64,000 nucleotides of DNA from Daphnia carinata (lineage: Eukaryota): NCBI RefSeq assembly GCF_022539665.2, contig NC_081332.1, forward strand, positions 5,642,001-5,706,000, in the 5' to 3' direction. Positions 1 to 12,272 of the stretch are shown piece after piece. The notes under the pieces were generated by a model. That model worked only from the letters and a program-made list of their open reading frames with translations. It did not search any database and was not told where the DNA came from. The number at the start of each line of letters is the position of its first letter. The first letter of the stretch is position 1. The position numbers were made by a program, and so were the translations under genes.

Positions 1-257
1 AAAAGCCAATCGTATTGCACAGAGAAATCCTCGGTTATTTACGAAAATTTAAACAAAACGAGCGCCTCAGTGTGAGTCACGTTGCCAGATGAAACGGTTC
101 GGGCACTGAAGCAGATGGCGTTGAACGAAACTTCGTCTGCTTCCAGAGCGTTTCTCTATGTAACATTGTTTCAGAAAGCTTGACTTGGACCTTTTGTAAT
201 TTCATTTGACAGTTTGTTCCGTTTATTATAAATCAGCATAAGTTACTTACGTCAATC

Positions 258-2010
258 ATGGAAACTGAAAATATTGACATGATGGAGGATGGAGAAGTTG
301 ATGAAGCCACAGAGGTGGGTCTTTCCTAGTACTTCACTGTGAATAGTTTTTTGGCTAGCTAAAGTTTTTTTGGTATAAATGTACAAACTCTCTTTTGTTT
401 TTGTTTAGGCGAGCTCAAAGCGCGAAAGAAAAGTTTCAGAAAGCATGAGAAATTCGTTTTCTTCATTAGATGAAGAGAAACTAAAGAAAAGAGCTGAAAG
501 ATTTGGAATTGACGCTGACTCTACAAAGGTGGCACCAGTTACAAAAGATCAAATGAGAGATTTATATGAAAGGTAGGCTGAAATTATAAATGACATATCA
601 AACTGAACAAATTAATATAGGTTTTTCCAATAGCTTGGAAATACCTGCAGAAGAAATAAAAATTGTTTTGGAATCTGATACAAGTGAGCCTGTTACCCAT
701 GTTTCAAATCACCGATTTGAAGCAATTCATTTGAGAGGCACAGAAGAAATGAACACCCAAAATGTCTTTGATTATTTCAAGGGATATGCACCTGCTTCCA
801 TAGAGTGGATTAATGATTATTCTTGTAAATCATTGGTCTAATAAGCATTTTTATATGCCTCATTCATTTTTACATTTTCCACAGGTAATGTGGTATGGCT
901 AGAGCCCTGGCAAGCTGCTAGAGCAATTCTTGAACGCTCGAGCCGTAGTGTCATCGTTCAACCCACGAAAACCAATGTAGAAGGAGAAACTATGGACCAT
1001 GAGCAGGCCGTCGGTGAACCTGAAGCAGCAGTTCCCATTCCAACTCCACCTGGAATTTGGCGATTAGGTTTCGAATGCCAGCATGCCAAAGCTTTAGTTA
1101 TGCGCTTCGCCACAAGAGCAGATCGCAAGATTAAAGGAGCTGAACGATTAAGCCATTATTACCGTAACCATGGCAATCCCAACTACGGTGGAATGGCTGG
1201 TCTCATCAGTTCCTCTCGCAAACGTCGCTTCCATGGTAAACCTGACCCTACCGAACAGGTTGATTCAAAAAATCCTTGGGGATCTCTTGCTGAAGAATGG
1301 GGAGCTAGTGAACCTGCTGAAACATGGGAAACAAATGAGCCAGCTACAGTATGGGGAGTAAACGAACCAGCAGCAAATTGGGAGCGAAGAATTGAAGGTA
1401 TATCCGACCTCCAAAAAAAGGAAAATTAACTACTTGTTTACAAGCCTGCCGCATTGTCTTCTTTTCTACAGGAAAACGCGTAATTGGAACTGGATTGCCT
1501 TCAGCACTAGTGCGGCGATTGGGACACCAACCACCCCGTCCATCCCCATCGAGATCAAGAGACACAGAATCCGATGCTTCTGATGGCTGGGCAACAACTG
1601 ACAGCGAATCAGGCTCACGTAGTAGCCAGAGTTCTAATCAAGAGGCTGGGCGTAGCAAAAAGAAACGCATACGAATGCGAATGTATGCGGACGACGAGGA
1701 AGAAAGAAATCGAAAAAAGATTTTGAATTCACGGCTGGTGGACACCAGCGAAGAAAAAAACGGCCAATCGAGTAAAGTTCGAACTTCTAGACCAGTACAT
1801 ACAAGGCTGGGACCAAACGTCGATATTTCGCCATCGATCGTTTCTAAACGTACTGATCTGCGTTCCAGACTTGGGTCTTCTGCCTCTACAGCGCTAGTTG
1901 ATTCAGTCGTCCTTCATGGGACGCTTGTACCAGCTGGTGAAGCCCAATTACTCGAAAATGCCAAAATGGATTTGAGAAGCAAATTACAAAGTCGATTGGG
2001 AACGAAATGA
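258..2010 (+). CDS. NCBP3: Nuclear cap-binding protein subunit 3 (multi-exon)
   Basis: ATG at 258. Exons encode EAIHLRGTEEMNTQNVFDYFKGYAPASIEWINDYSC-NVVW (NCBP3 RRM-like domain) and MRFATRADRK...YYRNHGNPNYGGMAGLISSSRKRR. Low-complexity tail with MRMYADDEE and DLRSRL repeats; TGA at 2008-2010. Confidence 0.9.
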
Positions 2011-2223
2011 AGTGATCAGCACAGTTTATAATTGTGTCACACTCGTTATATCCAATTTTTACACCTCTTGCCCCATTTTCTGCTATCGTCGATTTTCATG
2101 AATTAAATGGTATATTCGGAATTTATTGGAAGCAATATAACATGAGTAAAGTGGAATTAAAGGAATGAAAAAAAGAGCTACAACTTCAGTTGTGTATAAT
2201 GAATAAACCTTTCATTCTCTTTT

Positions 2224-3545
2224 TTAGGCTTCTGCTTTGCTTCTACCTTTTTTTGAAAACCATTCATCAGATTGGTCAGCCGCCAACGCCTGGCTTAAAA
2301 GGCGATCAGCTTCAGGGTCCATTCGAGACAACTCCCTGAAACCTTCATCTCCAACAAAACAAATTTCATGTCCATCCTAAAATAAAAAAAAAATGAAACC
2401 CTAGTTCATTTAACCTATCCAAAGTTGGGAATTAACCGGGTCAGCCAAGATGACGACTTGAACAGTTGCTTTCCCTGGAGTGTCTAAGCTAACAAACGGA
2501 GTTAAAATTGTTCCACCAACCGCTTTAACTTCAGACTCAATTAATTTTAGTTGAGTCGACGGGCACGAAAATGCGATCCGACCAAAGGCTTTTGCGTGGT
2601 CAACCTTCTGTCCTGTAAGTTATAGCAAAAACTGAAAGTATTTGAATGATAAGTAAAACAAAATAATAATAACTTACCAATAAATTGTAGTTCAAGTTTG
2701 GCTTGATCATCAGCATAACCTAAAAGTGCCTGTTTTTCACTCTGGCTGTACACTTTAAGCCCAAGCAGTTCAGACCAATATTTGAGAGAATGATCCTTGT
2801 TTGAACTTGCTAAAGCCACTTTTTGCACAGGATCTATGTACAAGTGTACAAAATATAGTAATATGTGCAACACCATGCTTCCAAACATTAACGACGTGCA
2901 CAGAATTCTTAGTATACCAGCATCTGTAGGTTGCAGTTCATCTTGTATGTAGAATTTGTAGCCACCTGGAGCTTCCACAAAAGGAGAACTATCTCGATCA
3001 TGGATAGGCCAATTCTGACTTTCTGCATTTAGTAAGACTTGGCTTGATTTAATGTTGAGTCCTATGAAGTCATTACCCAACTTGTAGGAGGAAAGTCCAT
3101 AGTTGTAGGTCCTGAAAAAAATAACGGTTAGAATTACTTTTGTCAGCTTTTACTATGTATTAAAATGTATTTAATATATATACACTTACAATTCACAAAC
3201 AAAATGGTTGTCCTCTGGTCCATAACCCACCATAGTCTTGCTCCATTTACCATCATATGGTCTAGATTTAAATCCAAAAAAGGAACTAAATAAAATGTAT
3301 AGGTTTAGAAGCTAATACCAAAACGAAATACCCATTGCAGGTTGCTTTACAGCCTTCTTCAAATTCCTCATGTCTTAATATCTAGGAAGTACGAAAGTAG
3401 AACTGTATTTAGCACATATATAAGAGTGATGTGATTTGTAATTGATCAGGCTCACCTTCATGCCTAATACATCTTTGAAAAATTTTATGGTTGCAGGGCG
3501 ATCGCCCACTTTGAATACGAAATGAAGTGCTCGCCTTCCGGACAT
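2224..3545 (-). CDS. GLOD4: Glyoxalase domain-containing protein 4
   Basis: Spliced translation [16 protein letters not shown]...[46 protein letters not shown]...[24 protein letters not shown]...; TAA at 2226-2224. Confidence 0.95.
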
Positions 3546-3726
3546 TACCTGTACGTCTTAATCGCGTATTGATTTTTTATTTGCGGGTCGCTTCCCACGA
3601 AACTCTAGATAAGCTTCGATATCGAACTTGGATCGATGACGAATTATTTTTTCGATCGATCAACGTTTGAAATGGCTGCTTGAATTATTTATAGCGTTGT
3701 CATGGCAACATAAACAAGGTGTTACA
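3546..3726. promoter_or_regulatory. Bidirectional promoter between GLOD4 and MRM3
   Basis: Only 181 nt between divergent ATGs; several ATCGAT/TCGATA (DRE-like) cores, including palindromic TTCGATATCGAA near 3615. Confidence 0.65.
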
Positions 3727-5464
3727 ATGGCGTTCTCTTGTACCCCACGTGGTTTTTCTTGTCTTTCAAAAATCAGTGTCTTGTTTATTAGACCAGAAAC
3801 ACGTAGATATACTCGTAGTCTTCACAGGAACCCTTTAAATATCCTAACATCGGAGGAAGCAAGAAAATCTAGCAGAAAGCCATCACTGGTTTACCATGAT
3901 TCGATCAGTGATGCTGCAAACAAACAAGTACAGCAAACGACACATAAAAACATTCGAGTTGAACATACTAGCCTGAAAATCACAAAGTATGAGCAGGTCG
4001 ATGACTCTACTGTATCGACAAAGAATCCAAGAAGTGCATTAAGCTCCCATCTCAGTTCTAATCCAAAAAAGACTGCCATTACCAGTACAACAAAAAAAGT
4101 TCCAAAATCTGGTAGAATGACTGTATATTCAAATGGAGAAGAATTGGAAGTGGATATTGTGGCAGAAAAGTTAGTTGCGGAGAGAACATTGAGGTGCCTA
4201 AACTGTTTAAAAAATTTTAAATTTATTTTATTATTTATTATTTCCCTGCGTACTTGCTTCTTATGTTTCAGCTCACTTATCCAAAATGTTAAGTCTACCA
4301 AAGCAAGGCAGGCATCAGGGAAAATCCTATTAGAAGGAGAACGTTTAATATCTGATGCAATGTGTGCAGGAGTACATGCTGAAGCAATTTTCTTCAGCAA
4401 TATTAAACTATTAACCACCCTACCTTTGAAAAGTCATACATCTACGAAGCTTTACCAGGTGAACCAAGCTAAAATCCAACTTTGGTCAGATCTGATAACT
4501 AGTCCTGGCATTATGGGTAGGATAGCGCCAGTTACTACTCTTATTCTGATCTAAAAAATTATTTTGTTTCTTTCCCTATGAAGGTGTCTTTGATGTGAGC
4601 AACCTGCAAAACTCCAGTTTTAATGAAGATATCCCATTAACAATAATATGTGATAATGTTAGAGACCCTGGAAATATGGGCACTCTCATAAGATGTGCAG
4701 CAGCAGCAGGTTGTAAAATGCTTGTTACCACACCAGGTATTCTGCAATGTATACGGCTTAATTGTTTTATACTAACAGTGGATATATATTTCTCAGATTG
4801 TGTTGATGTTTGGGATTCCAAGGTTCTTCGGGCTGCCTCTGGAGCACATTTTAGAACAAAATTATCTCTAAACGTGGATTGGGATTTGATTGCTGGAAAC
4901 TTCGTTACACAGGATGATACTGTTCTATTGGCAGATTCTTGTGTTCAAGAAATCTCTACGACATCGCACCTAGTCGACGGAAAAAACACTTTAGGCAGTC
5001 AACTGTCATGGCTGGAAAGAGAACATAGCGCAAAAGCTAAAAGTGTAGAAATTCTCGTAAACGGAAATGCCCTATTGCGCGATTCATCTTATTTAGATGA
5101 AAAAAATCTTCGAATTTATAAAAACTTGCCGCTACCCCATTGTGCATATGACAAGTTAAATCTAGATGCTGCTTCCATTACTTTGGTTATTGGCGGAGAA
5201 ACTCATGGCCTTAGTTCTGCAGCCCACAAATTGGCGCACGACCATGGGGGTTTAAAGGTACAACGAATGAACTGAACCTACGATAAGGTGAAGCACTGCC
5301 GAACACGTTTCTTTCTTTATTCTATAATTTATCAGGTTTTCATTCCACTGGCGAACGAAGTAAACAGCTTGAATGCTGGTGTAGCCATGGGTATCTTGGT
5401 ATATGAAGTACGACGACTGTTCCTACAAAAAAAGAAAACAACTTCTGAAACGCAAAAAACATAA
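3727..5464 (+). CDS. MRM3: Mitochondrial rRNA methyltransferase 3 (SpoU/TrmH SPOUT family)
   Basis: Basic transit-peptide-like N-terminus; GKILLEGERLISDA, IICDNVRDPGNMGTLIRCAAAAG, DVWDSKVLRAASGAHF, LVIGGETHGLS, IPLANEVNSLNAGVAMGILVYE SPOUT motifs; TAA 5462-5464. Confidence 0.9.
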
Positions 5465-5794
5465 CAAAACAACATTACATTTAGTGCCAATACATTATGC
5501 AATGCAAGAAATTGGTTGTGCTTTTCTGACCAACGGTCAATTCTGAAGTCGTCAATTAGTTTGCGTTGTAGAAACCAGAATAGGTTTCTCTAACTAAGTT
5601 TCCGACGTGTGACCTAAAGGGCGATGGCTAAACCTGGCCAAACCTAGCGCTCGGCCTTGTGTTGAGCGGATCGATTTATTGCTGATCGGGCAGATCATTT
5701 CGGGTTGGGGGCGGGTTAATCGGGTTATGGATTTTCTTTTTTGTTTCCCATTTCTTAGGCGTGGTCGGGCTCACGGTTGTGTAATCAGTTTCTT

Positions 5795-6097
5795 TATCGA
5801 TAGTTGTCCACATAACCGATCATCGGTAAGCCAATCAAAAGACTTTTTTAAGTAGTATCTTCTAAGCCGCCATTCTACAAGATAACGCCGGATCTTCGGG
5901 ATTGAACTCTCCGCGACCGGAACAGACCCGATCAACCATTTTTCGGGGCGGATCGTAGCCCCTGCCAAACACCCCAATGTCCTCAAACCGACCAGCAGCT
6001 TTGAAATACAAAGGACCAGGGTGGGATGAGGCTTCATCCTCCGTTATGGTCTAAGGGACCGGACATCATATTAAGCCCTCACTCTTTACTATCAGTT
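5795..6097 (+). promoter_or_regulatory. Putative strawberry notch promoter (DRE + Inr)
   Basis: Perfect DRE TATCGATA at 5795-5802 and arthropod Inr-like ATCAGTT at 6091-6097, ~115 nt upstream of the ATG at 6211. Confidence 0.5.
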
Positions 6098-6210
6098 GCA
6101 GACGGCATTGAGAAATTGCGAAAGCAAGAATATTTTCTGCGAGAGTTTATAGTTTTCCACGCGTGTTTTTCCTATTATTCGAACTAGAATTTCGTAAACT
6201 TGGCCAGAAA

Positions 6211-9200
6211 ATGTCATTGAGAAAGGCGGTGAGTGTCATTTATAACTTTATTTCAATAATAAGTATTTAGGGAAGAAAATTTGAGCTAGATAAGTTTTAC
6301 GAATTTCGCACGTTGATGAATGATCCAATATTCATCTGATAAAAACACGTTTAATCCGATTTTGAAGTTGCTTATGTGCTTTTAAAAAACAAAAAAAAAT
6401 GTTGGATTATTTTTCTTTTAATAGATGGCCACTGCCAAAGCTACAGCTGCTGCTGAATCAAAAAAGAAGAAACCGGTAGTTAAATCTAAGGCAAAAATGA
6501 AGGAAGAAGTTACCATATCATCTGATGAAAGTGATTTTGATGATGAAGATGATCCAGATTGTGTTGAAGTTCCAGGTGGGGGAAGGGATTTACAAACAAT
6601 ATCCAAAATTGGTACCAGTGAGCCCAGTCTTGGTTTCCCATCCCAAACTGTTTCTATGGGTGATGGGCTAATACTTCCTAGCCCACCTACCTCAGTATTA
6701 AGAGCACCTGCACCCCAGCAACCAGGTTACGAAGTTATTCGTATACCTCCTGGTGCAGGTCCTTTTGGATTAGGAGGTGGAATTAAGCAGCAAACACCAA
6801 ATGTTATGCAACAGAAAATTAATCTCATTCGAAGTGGTCTGCCTACCACTGGAGGTGCTGTTAGAGTGAATGTACCTCTGTCAGCTGTTCAGTCTATGCT
6901 GAAATCAAATAATTTTCAAGTGAGTAAGAAATACTTTTAATACATTGGTCGTTAATTAATTTTGTTCGGCAAATAGAATTTGCAGGGGCCTACCGTAAGT
7001 ATCGCGGGAGTTGCGGGTCGTTTAGTGCAAATGCAGCAGAACGCCAACCAGCAGTTGCTCAACGCAGCAATAAGGCCAGTTGCACTTGGTCAGATTAGGA
7101 CACCACTACAACTTCAGCAACTACAGCATATGCAGCAGCAGATACCCCAGGCAAGACAAGATGAGGCTGACGACGAAAATGTTGAGGAAGAAGAAAATAT
7201 GGGAGTAGCAGAGACATATGCCGATTATATGCCAACCAAAGTGAAAATTGGGCGTAAACACCCAGATCCTGTGGTTGAGACGGCCTCCTTGGCCAGCGTT
7301 GCTCCTCCTGATGTTTGGTACAAACTTGTCATTCCTGAAGAAACCATAGATAGTGGATCGCTTTCTGCACTACAGCTAGAGTCAATCACATATTCCTGCC
7401 AACAACACGAACAGACTCTTCCTGATGGTTCACGGGCTGGCTACCTCATCGGGGATGGTGCCGGTGTTGGTAAGGGTAGAACCGTTTCAGGGATTATCTA
7501 CGAGAATTACCTGAGAGGAAGGAAGAGAGCAATATGGGTTTCTGTTTCCAGCGACCTTAAATACGATGCGGAACGAGATCTACGTGACATCGGTGCTGGA
7601 AAGATCTCTGTTTATGCCCTGAACAAAATGAAGTATGCCAAAATTTCCGCTGATGTCAATGGCGGTATCAAGAAAGGTGTCATTTTCTCAACCTATTCCT
7701 CTCTTATCGGAGAATCGCAATCCGGAGGAAAGTACAGGACGCGTCTTAAACAGCTACTGCAATGGTGCGGCGAAGATTTCGATGGCGTCATTGTCTTTGA
7801 CGAATGTCACCGGGCAAAAAATCTTGTACCCACTGGTTCTACAAAACCAACAAAAACGGGCTTAACCGTTCTGGAGCTGCAAAGCAAGTTACCAAAAGCT
7901 AGAGTCATTTATGCATCCGCTACCGGTGCATCAGAGCCTCGTAACATGGCCTACATGGTCCGACTAGGCCTGTGGGGCCAGGGCACTCCATTCAAAGGTT
8001 GGTAATGTTCAATGAATTTTTATACTTCATCCGCAAAACATGTTTCATCAATTTTATACGCTTTTTTGTTGCAGAATTCACTGACTTTATCACAGCTGTC
8101 GAGAAACGGGGTGTGGGCGCCATGGAAATCGTGGCGATGGAAATGAAGCATCGTGGAATGTACATTGCACGACAGCTCTCCTTCAAGGACGTCACATTCA
8201 AAGTTGATGAAGTTTCTCTTTCGCCAAAATTCATCAAAGCCTATGATGATTCTGTCAAACTGTGGGTCCAGCTGCTACAGTCCTTTACTGAAGCAGCAGA
8301 GCTTGTCAATGCTGATCCAAAAATGCGCAAAACGATGTGGGCTCAGTTTTGGTCTGCACATCAGAGATTTTTCAAGTACCTGTGTATCGCTGCCAAGGTA
8401 AAGCATGCCGTAAAGGTAGCTAGCGAGGCCGTAAAATGCGGCAAGTGCGTTGTGATCGGCCTTCAATCTACGGGAGAGGCCCGCACCCTTGAGCAAATCG
8501 AAAACGAAGGCGAACTTTCAGACTTTGTTTCGACTGCCAAAGGAGTGCTCCAAGCTTTAGTTGAGAAGCATTTCCCAGCTCCCGATCGCTCTAGAGTCCT
8601 CCGACTCTTAGGGTTAGATAAAGGGGCATCGCTGCTTGACCAGCTGGGGATCGATCCTGAATCTTATGGAAACGGTAGTGGTAAGTCCAAATAGGATTTT
8701 TATTTTAAACTTGAAATCGACGTCATAATGCTTGATTTTATGCAGGGACTAGCGGAGGGAAAAGGAAGGCTGCACGTCCAGTCGCTGATAGAGCCAAAAA
8801 GAAAATTCGTACTTCGGATAGCGAGTCAAGTGAACAAGAACAAGAATCGGATTTAGATGTAGACGACTCGTCGTCTGAACCCTCTGATTCTGAGGATCCT
8901 GAAGCCGACGATTATAACCCGTTCGGCGGAAGCGATAATGAAGATCCGTGGTGTAGATCCGACAAAAATGGTCGCAGTAAAGGTAAATCTAGTCGTAAAA
9001 CCACGCCTTTAATTGGAATAATTAAATTACCTTGGAGTTATTTTTGTATTTAAAGTGAAAACTAAGTCAAAAAAGAAAGACAAGAAGGTGAAGGCCAAAG
9101 AAGTAAGAAAGAAAAAACCAGATTCTTCTGACGAAGAGGAAGAGGAAGTAAAAATGCCTTTTATTCCAATCCCGCGACCATCCTCTGTCCTGGAAAAAAA

Positions 9201-11313
9201 GGAAGACATATTTAATCGCCCACCACCTAAAGAAGCTCTTGACATGGCTTCGACTATCAAAGACAGACTTCTTGTGCAAATTGAACAACTAGGAGCAAAT
9301 CTTCCACCGAATACGCTCGATCAGCTGATCGACGAACTAGGAGGCCCGGAAAATGTGGCTGAAATGACGGGTCGAAAGGGTCGTGTTGTCCAGAATGACG
9401 ACGGGCAGGTAAATATAGTGCTGAAACCCAAAAACAAAACCCGTTTGCTAAATTACACATTTTTATTTAGGTACAATATGAGTCTCGGTCCGAAGTCGAT
9501 GTCCCATTAGAAATTCTCAACATTCGAGAGAAAGAACGCTTTATGGCTGGAGAGAAGGACGTGGCTATTATTTCCGAAGCTGCCAGCAGCGGTATTTCTC
9601 TTCAGGTACACGGTGTCAATTATTAACAAAGAATTCATTTGTGTAATTTTTTTCCTTTTATTTCCCTCTGTAAGGCTGATCGACGAGTAAAAAATCAACG
9701 TCGACGCGTTCATATTACTCTAGAGTTGCCATGGAGCGCTGATCGTGCTGTTCAGCAATTTGGTCGTACTCACAGGAGTAATCAAGTATGTGTACATTGT
9801 AGAAAGCACGAAAAAGCAATGTTTATAGTCTGGTTGAATTTGGTAGGTCAGCGCTCCCGAGTATATTTTCCTGATCTCTGATTTGGCCGGTGAGAGGCGA
9901 TTCGCGTCGATTGTCGCCAAACGTCTTGAAAGCCTTGGTGCGCTCACCCACGGTGATCGACGTGCCACTGAATCACGTGATCTCAGTCAGTTCAACATTG
10001 ACACTAAATACGGTCGAGCGGCACTCGATGCTACAATGAAAGCTGTAATGGGTTACGAAGTACCCGTTGTTCCTCCCCCAGCCGACTATAAAGGAGAATT
10101 TTTCAAGGGTGTGTTCCATCTTCTCTGGCTTTAGAAAATAATATTTCGATATTAAACACGTTTTTTTTTTCGTGTAGATGTTGCCGGAGCATTAGTTGGT
10201 GTTGGTTTGATTTGTAACAGCGAGACGAATCCTGGCGTGCTGGCTCTCGATAAAGATTACGCGAATATTTCAAAATTCCTAAATCGAATACTGGGTATGC
10301 CAGTTGATCTGCAAAATAGGCTTTTCCAGTATTTCACGGACACATTGGCAGCCATAGTCATTCAGGCAAAGAAATCTGGTCGCTTTGACCTGGGTATTCT
10401 GGATTTGGGCTCCGGCCAGGACGATGTCCGGCGCACAAAACTGTACACATTTACCACCCGCCATCCTACGGGAACGGCGAAAATTGAACTACACACTTTT
10501 GAAGTTGAACGTGGAATGACGTGGGAAGAGGCTAAAGACAAAACTAGTGTTCTCTTCGGAGATCACGAGGGATTCTATGTGTCGAAAGAGGTAAAGTGAA
10601 TTGGAAGACCCTGCTAGTCGAATTTTGTTTAAAATTATTCATTTTCTTGGCCTCTATAGAGTCGCTACCTGAAGCAAACTCCATCCTTAGTCGTGCAGAG
10701 TGGCACTGCGGCACGTCGTGGAGTTGACAAAGGCGAGTCTCTGTACACGATCTCGCGGCCCAACACGGGTCTGCAACTCCGACAGGAATCCCTAGGAGAA
10801 ATTAAAAAGAAATACAAGAAGATTGACGCGGAAGAAGCCGAGCCATTATGGATTGATTTGTTTAACTCGTCAAAAACCAACTGCATGCACATCCATTGGT
10901 TGGTGATTTAGCCGTTTCCGAATGGCAACACAATATTAAAATAATTTTATGTATTTAGGTTTGGAAAGTGTCGTCAAAAGACTCTGGGTGTTGATTGTCA
11001 ATTTGGTCTTCGGCAGCGGACTTACAATGTATTGTCAGGCTCGGTGTTGTCTGTCTGGACAAAAGTCGAGGCGGTCTTGAGTGCAAATTTTGGAGGGAAA
11101 ATGCAGGTAGGATTTCCTGAATTTTTATTTTATTTTTATTTATTTTAGATTGCTATGCGTTGTTTCTAACAAAGCATCTGCTTTTTTCAGGTGGTACGGT
11201 TGCGAAGTGGAGGAATTAGGATTGTCGGTACTGTCGTTCCAAGCAGCTGTATGCCGCAGATAATAAAATTGCTGACGGAGGAGTCCGAGAACGTCAGCGA
11301 GGAAGTGTTCTAG
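6211..11313 (+). CDS. sno: Protein strawberry notch (SBNO helicase-like family)
   Basis: [120 protein letters not shown]. First exon MSLRKA at 6211; TAG 11311-11313. Confidence 0.95.
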
Positions 11314-12272
11314 TAATTACGTCTCCCCCGGTTTTTGCCAAGTTCTCTTTCGGTTGGAGCGAATCCATGTCACCGAGACCAATCGTTGTGTTCTTCGGCA
11401 AACAAGCTTTTTATGTACCTGCCGAATTGAAAGCGTCGCATCAATCGAGTCTGGTGCCCCTGGATTCCATCCTCCGCGTAGCTCATCCGTTCTAAACTGT
11501 TTTGGTTGTTTCCATTTGCCAGTTTTTTTTCTTTTTTTTTCTTTTTCTTTTTTTGGCTTCCGTTCAACTTTTCGGTCTGGAACAAACATTTGTGCGTGTA
11601 AGTTTTGTCAAGTTCTTTTGGGTTTATTATACAAAACTCTGCTGCCTCTTGTTTCAGTTCGCAACTCGAGATACTAAATCTCTAATTCGTGAGATGAACC
11701 CAGGGTATCAATAAATTAATTTCTTTCTTCGTATTCTATCGCGTTCGTTATCTTTATTTTCTAAAAACTATTCCAATTGAAAAAAATGGATTGTTCTTTC
11801 ATTCTAACAACGAGCATGTCTACACGTAACAGAAATATTTAAAAATAGATTAGGCAAACTCTAGAGTTGTAGATTGTTCTCTCGAAATTTGGCAACATTC
11901 CCGGCATCTAGCCCTTTACAGTTTGCTAGTGTGTTGAATTTCAAGAGCAAGTATGTCCTGTCAAAAGTGTTATCTTAATTTAAGAGCTTAACTTTATTGA
12001 GTTAAATATGTAGTAGTTGGTATAATGAACCATCGTGCCTCAAAATGCTAACCCGGTCTTGTAAATTCAGTCGCAATTTCCGTACTTTTGTAACTGTTGA
12101 GGAAATGCTCGGTTGTGTGTCGGTTTTTTTTTACCGACAAGTACAAGGGAAATCTTCTAGTGTTCCCTTAGACTTTCTAATTTGATAATAAATTTCTCTC
12201 TGAAATTTCATGTTCTTTCTTTCTGTTTTAAGTTTTTCAGATCTTTTTGCTTGCTGGACAGTTGGTTTTGTC

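Noticed and set aside
3891..4418. 175-aa antisense ORF within MRM3 (and similar shadow ORFs over sno, the SLC12 genes and the KH gene)
   Set aside because: Antisense or alternative-frame shadows of real exons with no recognisable motifs.
4193..4800. Long ORFs reading through AT-rich hydrophobic stretches
   Set aside because: These are short stop-free GT-AG introns, not extra transmembrane segments.
11317..11714. Overlapping ORFs downstream of sno
   Set aside because: Low-complexity T-rich 3' UTR sequence.
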